Assembly: GCA_965649765.1 (NCBI GenBank)
Contig: OZ287752.1
Coordinates: forward strand, 35,402,001-35,466,000
Length of the DNA: 64,000 nucleotides
Reading direction: 5' to 3'
DNA from: Bispira polyomma
Lineage: Eukaryota
The position numbers were made by a program, and so were the translations under genes. Below the pieces are notes generated by a model. That model saw nothing but the letters and a program-made list of their open reading frames with translations, made no database searches and had not been told where the DNA came from. Positions 12,616 to 25,384 of the stretch are shown here, piece by piece; within the stretch, counting starts at the first letter, position 1; each line of letters starts with the position of its first letter.

Positions 12616-13512
12616 GTAAGTGGGACATAAAATGTTAAATTTATGTCAGAAATAGAATACAAGATGTCAAAATCTCACTGTGTCAAAAATAAAATTGAAC
12701 CCCTTTGTGTCCAACCTTTAGGGACTAAGAGAAATAAGTCTTCTTAGGCAGGATCTCCACTTAACAGGGTACATTTTTAAAGTAATTTGGGCCTTCAGTT
12801 AGACACAAGATGTTTTTCAATATCAAAGTGAAATGATTAAACAAAGTTCTCCTTAAAAGAGGTTCTACTGTATGTACATAAATATAGGAAATTGTATATC
12901 CACCCATCAAACATAACATGCTACATCAAAGTTTACTGCATGCCTGAACACGGATTTTTTTTACAGTTCTAAATTTATAACAGCACTGCTAACAATTCTG
13001 GGAAAAGATCGCTCCATAGTCACTTCCTTCAATACAAATAATAATGGCTGTTCTTATAATAAATATATAGTAAATATGTAACTACTCTATGTTGAAAAAA
13101 CACATTTAGATTAATTGCAATACAAATTCACCAATATATGTAAACTAAGGGGGCGAGTGTTACTCATAATGCATGGCACAAACTCTGTGACCCCTCAACC
13201 ATAAAACGGTCTATGGTATACTAGGATATGTAGCTAGCCTCTACAAAGGTTCCGGTTTTCTGTATAATAGTGCAGAGTTAAGAATTCTAGTTACCAGTTC
13301 TAGTTACCAGAATGCTCAGTTTAATAACACATAATTTGCTCTTAGAAATCTTGGCATTTCACATGAAGATCCTGTTTATAGCTTTGGACGTAGAGATCTA
13401 CTTCTGGCATTGGAACATGCTCTTTGTTTTCTGGTTGAGCATTATGGGCCTTGTGAACCTTAAGCAAGGCTAACAGACAGCTTAATAATATTAGTATTAT
13501 TCTCTGTTACAG

Positions 13513-13713
13513 GAAAGGCTGCAAAACGTAGGAGCAGATGGTCGCAGAATACAACAGTTTGTACAGTCTATCCCTCAGTCCTCAGTCCATGTAAGGAATG
13601 ATTTCTCCAACTTAGGGATCAATGTAGTAGATCCAGTGGAGAACCTGTCCGACCACCTGGATGAGATGTCTGTGATTAGTGCCACAGCAGCAGTCTCAGT
13701 ACCTTATGCACAG
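13513..13713 (+). CDS. RING E3 ligase gene, coding exon 4
   Basis: Acceptor tctctgttacag; 67 open codons, ERLQNVGADGRRIQQFVQSIP...VPYAQ; donor CAG|GTAGGG. Confidence 0.88.
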
Positions 13714-14295
13714 GTAGGGTGAAATGATCAAATTAGTGGGTAAATTGTTTATGGATATTGACAATATTGTTTGGGTTTTTATTTGAGCCCTTACTGCAAG
13801 TTCTATTAAAATCAGTGGTAACTTTGTCTGGGTTATTTCCATTCATATGTCGTATTAAGTTTGAGACCTTCGAAAAATATGAGCCTTCTATTATCAGAAC
13901 AGAACCTTGCTGTTATGTGTTTGGATTGTAGACAGATTCTACTAGATGCCAAATATCTTCCTATATTATTTTATAAAATAAGGTTATCAATATTTTTACG
14001 GTTTTGCTATCTTGGCAATTCTAGGTTTCATGGGCAGGTCCCCACGCCCCTAAAGCTTGAATTAATTTAGCGGACACTGTCTTTCTACCTACTGTAAACA
14101 AAATTCATGCCAAAAAAAGCAGAAAAATTCTCGCTTTTGAATGGGATATAAATTTTTTAATACAGCATATAATATTCTATTTTGTAAAATTAGATTCAAG
14201 TAGCAAAATCTTGGGTAGGTACCCGGATGGATGTCTATTAAAATCACTAATATTTAATATTTAAATATGTAGCATAAAGAATATAAAATTTGCAA

Positions 14296-14433
14296 CTGTA
14301 TCTGAAATTCACCACCTAGAAAATTTTTGTGATTATTTTGCCCCACTTACCTAACTTCTGGTTATTTTTTGCCATTTTTAATTGATTTTGCTTAAATTTT
14401 TTTAATTTTAGGGGTGGCGAATTTTAGATACTG
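14296..14433. mobile_element. Small MITE in intron 4
   Basis: Imperfect ~21-bp TIRs CTGTATCTGAAATTCACCACC / GGTGGCGAATTTTAGATACTG. Confidence 0.55.
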
Positions 14434-14500
14434 TGGAAAATTTTAGATTCCTTACTTCACTTGTATGTATGAATTTTTATAAGTTTATGTTTTGTTGCAG

Positions 14501-14648
14501 AGTAATCTGGCCATGACCAGAGAGATTCACAGTCTAAAGAATCAGATGAAAGAAATGATGAACATGATGAAGTTGAACTTTGACCTCACCATGGATGTGC
14601 AGAGGTCAGTGCGACAGGAAATGGCCGCCGCGATGAACGCAAGTACTG
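14501..14648 (+). CDS. RING E3 ligase gene, coding exon 5 (coiled-coil-like)
   Basis: Acceptor ttttgttgcag; SNLAMTREIHSLKNQMKEMMNMMKLNFDLTMDVQRSVRQEMAAAMNAST; donor G|GTAAGC (phase 1). Confidence 0.92.
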
Positions 14649-15114
14649 GTAAGCTTTCACTTGTTATTTTCTACTTGGATTACATTTAAATAACAAGATA
14701 AATTAATATGTAAGAAAAAGAAGTTCTAAAGATTTTTAAATGTAGAGTTGGTTGCACTCCTTCAAAGTATAAAGAGGCCATCTGTATATATACAAAGATA
14801 AATATGCCAACTTCAAGTGTATAAAACGTCAAGCAAGATGCTGATATTGTAGAAAATTGTGTAGTGCATGTAAACCTTAAAATCTTTGTAGTTTCACCAT
14901 ATCGACATAATAACAAATTTATTATTAGCTTAGTTAATAAATTTGTGAATTAAAAATGTGGTAAAACATTTGTAGAGGTTTAATTTTTCTGTTTACAATT
15001 AGAGCTTAAGTACTGTTCATGCAACATTTTTATGTATCACCAGATGGTAAAACTGGGAATTGAAACAATAAATATTTCTGTAAATTCCTTGTAATATCTT
15101 GAGTTTTCAGTATA

Positions 15115-15291
15115 CAGTCAAACTTGTATGTAAAAACCAACCCAAAGAAACCCTCTTAAGTGGTCTTTATTGACAGTTGATCTTTGTATAGAGGTTCAGT
15201 GTTTATTCACAATAGTCTTTGGAAATTAAATTGTGGTCTCTATACAGAGATGGTCTCGTTATAGAGGTGTGCTTGTGTACAGGTTTGGCTG
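15115..15291. mobile_element. Tc1/pogo (Tigger-like) MITE in intron 5
   Basis: TA|CAGTCAAACTTGTA ... TACAGGTTTGGCTG|TA. Confidence 0.7.
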
Positions 15292-15500
15292 TATTGGTAC
15301 TTAGTGATTATGTGTACTTGTTGAAAATAATAGGTAATACATATATTTACTGATTATGCATAGTTACTGTGACATACCTATGTTTTTATACAGGTACACA
15401 GTCCCCACTGTGGCGTCCCAGCCTGCCAATGGCACCGGATGTATTTACTGACTATACATACATGTGTATTTACTGTAATATATACATGTATATTGTACAG

Positions 15501-15730
15501 GTACAGACACAGTGCCCACTCCAGCCTCCCAGCCTGCCAGTGACACCGAGTGTCTGATCTGTCTGGACAAAGAAGTGGACACAGTCCTCTACCAGTGTGG
15601 TCACATGTGTGTGTGCTATACTTGTGGGATGTCCCTCAGACAGAGGGGGAGCAAGTGTCCAGTGTGTAGAGCACCTATCAAAGACATCATCAGGGCTTAT
15701 AGGTGTAATAATACTAGGGAGGAGCAGTAG
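15501..15730 (+). CDS. RING E3 ligase gene, last coding exon with a C3HC4 RING (Neuralized/zf-C3HC4_3 type)
   Basis: Acceptor tattgtacag; CLICLDKEVDTVLYQCGHMCVCYTCGMSLRQRGSKCPVCRAPIKDIIRAY; TAG at 15728-15730. The six exons sum to 1569 nt = 522 aa + stop, with consistent phases. Confidence 0.93.
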
Positions 15731-15821
15731 ACAGAGGGGTAGCAAGTGTCCAGTGTGTAGAGCTCCTATCAAAGACATCAGCAGGGCTTATAGGTGTAAA
15801 AACAGCAGGAAGAAACAGTAG
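15638..15821 (+). repeat. 91-bp tandem duplication of the end of the RING exon
   Basis: agacagagggg.agcaagtgtccagtgtgtagagc.cctatcaaagacatc... at 15638 and 15729. Confidence 0.9.
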
Positions 15822-16719
15822 ACAAAAAGAGAGAGAGGGTGATATAGAGGGTGTAAGTACAGGGATTTTATATAGCAAACTTTTGAAGTTTTGTTAATAG
15901 AAGGTTCATCAAATAGTAAAACCATTTCTGTGTAAAACAATAGGGAAACATAAAGGTGGTGGGAGCGGAATTGAGTTCATAAAATAGATTCCTTACCCAA
16001 TTGTACTAAAGTGAGGCGTTTTTTCTTGATTTCCTGTAAAATTAGGTTGTACATAAAACTCTCAGTGCTGGCGCTGTGAGGGAATGAGTGTTTGTGTGAA
16101 AAGAAGATTTAAAAGTAAAGTTTGGGTTGTGTTTTAAAAAAATAAAATTGCTGTGTATCTGCATATTGAATTATTTTGATTATTTTTCTGTAGTTTCTAT
16201 TTTTACACTAATAGAAAGTACTTTGTGATCATGAATGCTAATAACATAATTTGTACAGATAATTTGGGGTTGTATGTGTTGTTATAGGTATGTATGAGAT
16301 GATTCTCTGTATTAGTATTTCAGAGCGTGCACAAAAATAGATTTAACAAAGTAATAATGAAGATCTTTTTAAAACAGTTAAAAAAGTAGTAACTAGTAGA
16401 GTGCATAAACTTTTTGTAAATCAGATCATTGGTTTTGCATAATTCTAGTGGAAAAAAGACAAACCAACAGAAACAGGCAAAAACATTACCTAATTTAGGG
16501 AGGAAATAATATCGCTACTGATGCCTCATTGCATACATTAGTAACCCAGAGTATAGCAATACTTGATGTTGTGTAAGAAATTGTACCAGTGCTGAGACAT
16601 GTGTAGATAATTACCTTCTATCTGTCTCTCCAAAGAATCTTGTCTCAAAGCAATTAAAAGAAATACAGTAAATACAAAAAATTTATTTTTTCAAAGGTAA
16701 ATTATAAGGTGAGGGGGTT

Positions 16720-16863
16720 TGTACGAATAATAGAAGGTTCATAAAATAGATGAGGCAGTTCTGTATAAAACAATAGGAAAACATTAATTTGGCAGAGTGA
16801 AAGTGAGTTCATGAAATCCAATGTTTGGATAATAGAGCCTCGGATAATAGAGGTTCTACTGTA
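16720..16863. mobile_element. Fragment of the CAGTAGAACCTC-family pogo-like MITE (another fragment at ~15880-15990)
   Basis: Ends in GGATAATAGAGGTTCTACTG|TA; internal sequence matches the 28688-29138 copy. Confidence 0.65.
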
Positions 16864-16976
16864 TGTGTTCTGGTAGAAAGTCTGATTTTACAGAATATAT
16901 AATACTGCATGGAATTCAGTTGTTAAATGTAATATATCAACGATGCCTTGTATTGTCGTATTTCTTGTGTACCATA

Positions 16977-18116
16977 CAGTGTCGGTGCGAAATTCCCAGT
17001 GGCTCTGTGGCCGGAGGCCACCGCTTTATGAGAAGGGCCACTTCCTTTCAAAATCCGGTGGCCCATTTGGCCACTTTATTTTCGGGGCTTCAATTTTTTT
17101 TTTATTATACACGCTAACAGTAAAATTGGTGTACCAGACTGTTCCATTTTTTTCGGCACGCATGCGCAGATGAAATTTTACCGTGAACTTTTTTATTTTA
17201 CAGAATAGCAAGGATATGGATGGGAACTTATCTTATTGTTAAATAAAAACAATATTTTATGTAGTTGTAAGTAGTGTTGTATGTAATCTTTATATGTTCT
17301 AATTAAAAGTGAATTTTATGCATATTTTAACTTCATCTATTATCGCCCAGTGCTCTCGCTGCTAAGTGGCTAGCCTCGTCTTTGCTAGTGCTGTAATTTT
17401 CGAATTTTCACCTCATCTTGTGGCCCTTTCTTTGGGGTTAAATAACTGGGCTTGCTTTAATATTAAATTTTGAATTTAGTACAAAATCAGTGTTTCACAG
17501 TCAACTCGAGCCCTATTGCCTCCTTATTCAAAATAAATAAGAGGGCTGATAAATTTTCAGCCCATCATTACGCTCTCTTTGGGTTTAAATAACTGGGCAG
17601 TAGGCTTGCTTTAATCTAACTGGTTAGCCTTGTCTTTGCTAGTGATTTATTTTTCATATTTTTACCCCATCTTGTGGCCCTTTCTTTGGGCTTGAATAAG
17701 TAGGGTTGCTTTAATTTTAAATTTCGAATTAAGTGCAAATTCAGTTTTTCACAGTCAACTTGACCACTCTAGTCCCCTTATTTGAAATAAATATATATAA
17801 TAAATACATTTTCGGCCCATCTTCTGGCCCTCACTTTGGGGTTAAATCACTGGACTTGCTTAATTATTAAATTTCAAATACAGTCAACTCGACCCCTCTT
17901 GCCGAGGGGCTGATAAATTTTTTTTGGAAATTACACAATATGTATTTTATTATTCATTAAAGATTTTGTTCTAAGTCGTATTCTGAAAAATAAATTTATA
18001 GCTTAATTTTTCATCACCAAGTATTAGGTTACCTGATTCTAATCCGGGCCACTAAGCTATAAAATATGGTGCCCAAAGGGCCTGAACACTTTTTTTTTTG
18101 TGAAGTTCACACGCTG
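16977..18116. mobile_element. Degenerate non-autonomous DNA element with internal ~253-bp duplicated blocks
   Basis: CAG...GTGCGAAATTC / GAAGTTCACACGCTG degenerate termini; repeated block tggctagcctcgtctttgctagtg...cacagtcaact at ~17368 and ~17621, partial third copy at ~17818. Confidence 0.45.
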
Positions 18117-19031
18117 TACAGTGATATGACTTTGTTGTTACATTAATATGTTAGTGAATTATGTTAAACTGCTGATTCACGCTAACATAGAATTCTATTG
18201 TGATGTTATAAACTGATGTAACTCTCCTTGCTACATTTGATCTGCTAGTAATGTTTATAAACTGAATGCATTTAACACAACTATGCTATCGTGTTCGTTT
18301 TCATATTTCTGATCTTTTAAAAGTGTTTATGTTATAGCAGATCAGTAAAATGTGTGTATATAATGTTTGTTATTTAAGTAGTTAAATTGATATTTACTTC
18401 TTATTATTTGCAAAATAATAAAATAAAATATGCAATAAAATTTGAGTTTTAGTTGTCATTTACATGCATTTTAAATAATATAGTAATACTGTTTCTCCGT
18501 ATACCAGAGACTTTTAACACGTCCTTAACCTTGGATTAATCAAGCTGAGGCATTTGACCACCAAAATCTTGTCAGATTCAAAGGTAAGATGGTTGTCATG
18601 CTGACTCCATGTGGGGTTGGCTGTTTGATAACATGGCCCCTGTTCTTTATTAAAGTAAGAGGATATCATATTCTGGCCTTTCACAAATTTATAAACCCTT
18701 TTCAACACCTATATTGTTCGCTAGCAGTCAATAGTGTTCGTTATTCACAGAAACTATGTCGGCATGCAGTCAAAACACCTCAAAGCTATCTTACTTACCT
18801 TTGGTCTACTGCATTTAAAAATTGATAGGACTGCACCATTCTGTGTTTAACAAATTATACATCGGACTGACTGTTATGTAATGCCAGGAGTCGTCTGTGG
18901 TGTGTTTTAGGGACTCTATGAAACTTGTTTCCACAGAATTACCTTCAGTTCATTAAAATACTATTTCTTATTATTTCTAATAGAAACTTTGCAGAGTTTA
19001 GTAGAAAAATGTTCATAATCTAGAATACCTG

Positions 19032-19204
19032 GCAGAAAGAACTTCTGTTATCCGAATATTTTATTTTATGAACTCATGTTCACTCTTCCAAAGTTATATT
19101 TTCCTATTGTATTATACAAAACGGCCTCCTCTATTTTATGGACCTCCTATTATCCAAACAAAATCTTGACCTCCCACCATGTTTGGATAATAGTGGTTCT
19201 TCTG
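19032..19204. mobile_element. CAGTAGAACCTC-family MITE, opposite orientation to the 16.8-kb copy
   Basis: cagaaagaacttctgttatcc ... ggataatagtggttcttctg|ta. Confidence 0.6.
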
Positions 19205-20134
19205 TACAACATGTACATAAGAGGTAGACTCACAAAATCTTGTCAAAGTTCAGTGTGTCTTCATTATTAGATATTCCTTTTCACACCCCCCATCCCCCCA
19301 CCCCCCAAAAAAAGGGGGTATATTCAAATTGCATTACTATGATCAGCAGTCGCTTGTAAGTATTAGCCGCATGAGCAAGGTCAGGCTTAGTGTTGCGACC
19401 TTAAAGTGTGAAGGTCAAATTGGGTTTATAAGGTAGGTTTGGATGAAGTTGCAGAGAGTGAAAAATATGATACTAGGTTTGGGATAAGTTTTATTTACAC
19501 TTTGCCTCTATATACAACTTTACATAAACATTTTAGTTTAGCGGGTAGGGGGATGGGTATTGTCCTTATCTGGGTTATATTTGAGGATTTTCGTGTTTGG
19601 TAGAAACATTTAGTTGGGGGCAACAGTTGTGCAATACCGTAGTCTAACCTCAGTAACCTTTGACCTTAGAAATAGGATCCCATCCTTGTTTACACTAAAT
19701 CATGAAAATTACTTTTCACTGGAAGTTCTACAATGTCATGATAGGACATTTTGTTACCCTTGGTTTTGGAGATATGTTTGCAGCCAAAAATCCTTGTTTA
19801 GACTGAACTACATGTGACAGGAAGTTTTTATTTTGTAGAAATATTCTCTGGGGTACGTATTTCATAGTCTTATCTGATTTTGACCGTTCTTTGGAGTTAC
19901 GATTTTGACCTGAAAATACTGTGTCTATTTTATCTCAGCTGTTACTTCGTACTTTCTACAGTAGGTTCTGAATTGGTACAAAGGTTGGTTGTGATGCACC
20001 ACAGTGAAGAGTCAAACTTTTTGTTTTAGAGCTTTAATGGAGATTCCAATTGTGATCTCTGCTAGCAAGTGCTGAGTTAAGAGTCCAGCCAATTATAATG
20101 TTGTGTAATATTCAAACAAGGGTAACTATAATAT

Positions 20135-20648
20135 TTAACCATTCAAAACTACCTATGCAGGGTTATTTTTCTCCTGGGTTGTCGCACAAACATCACTCCT
20201 TACCTGAAAAATTACACTGGCTGCCCATTCAGTCTCGTATTTTGTTCAAGATTCACGTTACCACTTTTAAAGCTGTAGTCACTCATCAGCCCCCCTACCT
20301 TGCTTCCCTTCTTTCCTTCAGTAACCATAAGAGAGGCAACAGACTCTGTTTCTTTGGTCAGGCCCATCAGGAAGGCAGGATCCAATGCTTTCTCCACTGC
20401 AGCTTCATTGTTATGGAACAGTCTCCCAGTTGATCTCAGATCAGTTGATACACTTATCGGTTTTAAGAAAAACTTAAAACCTATCTTTTTAAACTTGCCT
20501 ATCCACCTTACCTTCCCTCGTGCACGCTCCCACTTCCTTCCTTATGACTTTGCTATGTCCATGGACTTGACGATTGGATCAAAGATTCTGCTGTTGCGCT
20601 TTAGAAGATGCCTAGCATCAATAAAGCGTGTTAAAAATTCATAATAAT
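20135..20648 (+). mobile_element. L2/CR1-type LINE 3' fragment
   Basis: LHWLPIQSRILFKIHVTTFKAVV...LLWNSLPVDLR...FKKNLK; close to the 3' end of the 50650-52760 copy; (AAT)n tail. Confidence 0.88.
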
Positions 20649-20755
20649 TTTGTATACATGTATATACCACAAGTACAATACAGTCGGTGACCGACACTTG
20701 ATTTTAGCTCAAATGGAGTTTTAAAACTAGCACAACCCTCCATAAAAATGCTAAG

Positions 20756-21004
20756 TTCGAATTTGGATATTTAACGTCCACTCTAGTACCTGTTTAGGTT
20801 ATATTGGGACGGGTAGTTGGAAACGCTGGAGGAAACACTGCATACAGTTGATTAAGGTTCTGCACTGATACCAGCGGCCCACAGTAAGGAACTAACACCT
20901 CTCCCACATAGGCATCGACGGGATTCAAACTCATGCCGCCTAGAGGTGAGAGACCAGTGATTGTAAAGCGCAATGCTTGCTAATCTCAAGGCCACTGCGG
21001 CCCC
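20756..21004 (-). mobile_element. tRNA-derived SINE (family A)
   Basis: A/B-box head on the - strand; 16-bp TSD CCATAAAAATGCTAAG (20740-20755, 21005-21020). Confidence 0.9.
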
Positions 21005-24000
21005 CCATAAAAATGCTAAGAGCACATCTGTTATATAATATAAAATTGTGTGACCACAGTTATCAAGAAAACAATAAGAGCCCTAGCAAGTATTTCAACC
21101 TTAAAGGGTCTGTCATTTTTTCCAGATTTGTTTGATGAATTGATTTAAATTTTGCATGTCTAGAGCACACCTTTTCCCCTTTCATTTTACATTACTTTGA
21201 TCAAAACAAATGGGCTTTGTAGCAGATTCTGTTCTATTTGAATGTTCAGTGCATTTGCACACTCTATACTTGTTGTTACTGCACTACAAATCACTCAATG
21301 ATCACAGCATTGAAAACTATGTATCTTCTCTTCTATTTTCTATGTCTTTTGAAATATATCTATGTGACCACCATGCAGACCTGCAAACATCTTAACCTGG
21401 AGTATTGTAATGTTGAATAGCTATGACCAAACTATGAAACAAGAAGCTTAAGCCAATTGAAGTATTAAGTCAATTAGGAGGTCCTGACAAATCAGCAATT
21501 TTTTATTACCAGTTGACAGGATTGTGGGTGGACAATAGAAAAACACTGTGTTTTATATTTTCGTCAAATTGATATTAAGTTTAGTGTTTCTTTTTGGAGC
21601 TTCAGGCCAGTATGATTCCTGGAAAATATAGTCAAATGAAAAGGCTTGAATATTATCTGTAGTACAGAGAGCTTATAATTTGCAGAAAATAACAAATACA
21701 GTAGATATAGTAAATGTCAAACTGATGGATAATCCTAGCTATGAAAGTCTATATCTATCTTGTCTATAACTTTTCAAATTGTACTATATATATATATAGT
21801 CACTGTGTTGTGTTTTCTTATGTTGACAATATCATTCTTAGAAAATAGCTGCAATGGCTCGTGTTGGGGACTGATAATAGCACACTTCCTCTCTGAGAAA
21901 ACTTTTATTCACTGCAAAATAAACAATTATTATTATTATACAACATTTATATATTCATTATATTTAACAATAACAATAACTAAATCAGTATGAAGCAAAC
22001 ACCTTAAATTACAAACTCACAGTAAACCAGTTTACCATAGAAAGTTATTAAACTGAAAACAAATTAAGAAAAACATATATTCTTTAATGTTTTCAGATCA
22101 GAAAAAATTACAGTATTGACAATGTTTTAGTATTCTTATTGTATTATTGATCCTTGTCTTTTCTTCAATGCACTAAAAAGAGAACTGTTATACATTTGTT
22201 TTGGAAAAACCTACATTCACACGACACCCAAGTGATTACAATTGATTCTCTGTCAAGCTTGACATATGTACTGATTATTATTGACAAGATTTACAAGCAA
22301 GAAGAATTTTTGCAATCTTTTTAAAAGTTCAATTTTTGTGTTTACTTTGTACAGTGTCCACATATATGAAACATCTTGAACCTCAACCTTACAATGATCT
22401 CCAATTATCATTGTGTACAACAAATGTATAACAAATCTGGCTACATTTTTGAGTTCCTCACTGAAAGCTCTATAAAAATGAATGGCTATATATGTCTGGC
22501 TTTTTCCCATTTATAAGAAAATGTCTTATTTTAATTAATTGAGTTTAAGCATGAGTATAAGCTGACTTAAGGGCTTTAAAGAAGTAAGGCACCATTAAAA
22601 AAATATCACAAGACTGATATCTTTGAAACAATTTCTTGTCTACATTTACAGATGGCATGTGGTAAAGCAGAGAAATACTGTATACATGCCAATGTTCATG
22701 AGAAAATAATTGTCGCTATAATTTTAGCTTCAATGAGTAATAGACTATAGTGAACATTAATTCCTAGTGAACATTTTAACTTGTATTGATATTTTAACCA
22801 AAAATTGTCAATAGTAAAAAATATCTCCAGTGAATTTCTCAAAAATTGTTCAAAATTAGTGAAATTTCCTTCCAGCTAAAATTTATACTTCTACAGTCTG
22901 TCCATTGCAACTTTAAAATTACTGTATAAAAATTGATTGTGTTTTTGTGTTTTTAACAGACTAGTTGTGTTGCTATATTCTGAATAAAATACATCAAACA
23001 GCGACTGTTGCAGTAGTTGTAATATGGTATTATTCAATTCTAAAAATAGTTTATTGTACTATATTCTCCTATTGGATTAACTTCAGTATGAAAGACGAAA
23101 TGTACCAGTGATGAAAATATTTTCATTGATAGAAATATTAAGGATAATGTCAAATTATTGGCTATATATGCAGTAGAACCCTGCATATTCTAATATCTCT
23201 GCTTGCTCTAATAAGTGGGATGTTCTGACACACATATAGGATACTTGCATATATTGTGATGGGTACAGGTGAACCAGAAGACAAACACTTAGTTTGGTTC
23301 AGATAATCCGGATTTGGGGCTAAACAGAAGTCATATAGGCATGCAGTGTGTTCTGATGATGTACATTTGTAAAGAATTTGTGAAGAATCATGCTCAGGTA
23401 TGTGGTAACAGAAATAGTTCATATTTAAGACTTGTAGAGTAATTGTCTCTATTTTAGCTAATGAGCTTAGATAGTGAAAGTTAATTCCCAGTGGACATAT
23501 ATTTTAATATTTTGCCTAATTATATTAAAGATTAATGTACATTAATATTTTCACAACTGAATCTTATTAAAAACACCAGTTAGAATTAATTGCCATCAAA
23601 ACTTCCACTTATACAGTACTTTCCCCTGTGTCTTACTAAATTTTTGAATACTTTTAGTACAACATACATGTCCTGCAATTTATACAGAACTATATTTATC
23701 TATTGGATGACCAAATTATTTAGCTCAACCTAAAAGAGTGAAGTTATAATAATGATGGGCAATGGTGATGTCAGAAAAGTTAAAAAAAAAATAATCAATT
23801 AGTAATGTCCAATTACCAAAAACGAAAATCTGTTTTAATACTAATTCACATTTTTACAGCAGTGTTGTTTTCTCCTGCTCAGGGTTATTGACCAGTAATT
23901 ACCCTGTGTATAACGGCACTAATAACATATATGACTAGGGCAATACTTATTTATACATGTTGGATATAGAAAAAGAAGTGAGTTTTAGAAAAAAAGTATT

Positions 24001-24434
24001 ATACATAAATTGATGGTGTAAATGAAAACTCTGTTGCAGACATTACTTGACAAAATGCCCAAAGTTTTTTTGACCCACTATAATGAAGTAGAACAAAAAT
24101 ATAATTACTTCTATTCCATTAAACCCTGGCCTGTCTTAACATAAGATGGACTTTATAATTGATTTCTTATCTGTTCTGACATTAATCAACTTTAATTACT
24201 GCATGTTCCCCAATTGATCATCTCTTCCTCTTCATTGATAAATTTCAAGTATTCAAGGATTAAAAAAAGGCAAACCTATCTATCTTTAATGCACACAATA
24301 TGTAAATCATCACAAGCTGGTCACTTTTTAAAGATGACTCTTTTGTTTTATTGTTATATCTAATCTATTTGGAAGTAATTTTTTATTTTATTTTTTTCTG
24401 AAAATAAATGTTTTCAACAATCTTTTTTTAATAA

Positions 24435-24890
24435 ACGTCGATCTTGCTAACTTTATATTCGCGACTTCAAGAAAATTAGAAAACACTTATCTCATCAAAC
24501 TGCCACAGTGATATCAAATGTACTCGTCAGAGGTCGATTGGACTACTACAATTCTCTGCTTCTTGGACTAACAAAGTTCCAGCTGCAAAGGCTACAGTCA
24601 ATCTAGAATCACTTATGCAGAGTTATGTGCCATGTGGGACCTAGTGTCAATATGACTTCTTTTCTCAAAAGGCTCCATCGGCTAGCTCTCAAGTACTGCA
24701 TCATTTTCAAGACCAATGTTACTACATACAAAGCTGTAAACCTATGTCAGCCCTCATATCTTGCTTCATTGTTGTCTTTCAGCAGGCTTACCAGGAGAAA
24801 CAGAATTTCAGTCTCTGATACCAGAACCAGTTAACATATTAGATCTTATGCCTTCTCTGTTGCAGCACCTGCCCTATAGAATAATTCACT
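24435..24890 (+). mobile_element. Decayed L2/CR1-type LINE fragment
   Basis: Conceptual translation KIRKHLSHQTATVISNVLVRGRLDYYNSLLLGL...LQRLQSI*...KRLHRL...PSYLASLL matches the LINE ORF2 C-terminus. Confidence 0.75.
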
Positions 24891-24894
24891 AACA

Positions 24895-25266
24895 AATATA
24901 CGATCCCAGGAAACACTGGCTTTAAAAGTAACCAAAATATCACATCATATATCAATTTATCACATAAAATAGTATACCACACAAATGATCTAGTGACTAT
25001 ACTATTATGTAAATTGAGTAGGTTCTTACTCCTTAGTAGTTGCTTTTTAAAACAGTATTGCATCCCTTTCTATGATTCAATATATGATCCTGGGAAACAC
25101 TCTCTGGCTTTAAAAGTAACCAAAATATCACATCATATATCAATTTATCACATAAAATAGTATACCAAACAAATAATCTAGTGACTATACTATGATGTAA
25201 ATTGAGTAGGTTCTTATTCCTTAGTAGTTGCTTTTTAAAACAGTATAGCATCCCTTTCTATGATTC
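24895..25266. repeat. Recent 2-copy tandem duplication, ~188-bp unit
   Basis: ctggctttaaaagtaaccaaaatatc...gcatccctttctatgattc at 24916 and 25104, nearly identical. Confidence 0.9.
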
Positions 25267-25384
25267 TACTTGAGGTTGGACTGAACCCTTTGGACCTCAA
25301 GAGAAAACTACTACTGGGAAGTGAAAAAAATTTTTTAGGTGATAGGTTACAGATAGCTAAAGTCACTAAAACACACACTACAGA

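Noticed and set aside
15501-15730. Gene symbol neur/NEURL1
   Set aside because: The RING is Neuralized-like but no NHR domains are present in the spliced protein.
23162-23422. 86-aa minus-strand ORF
   Set aside because: No recognisable domain and no convincing splice partners.
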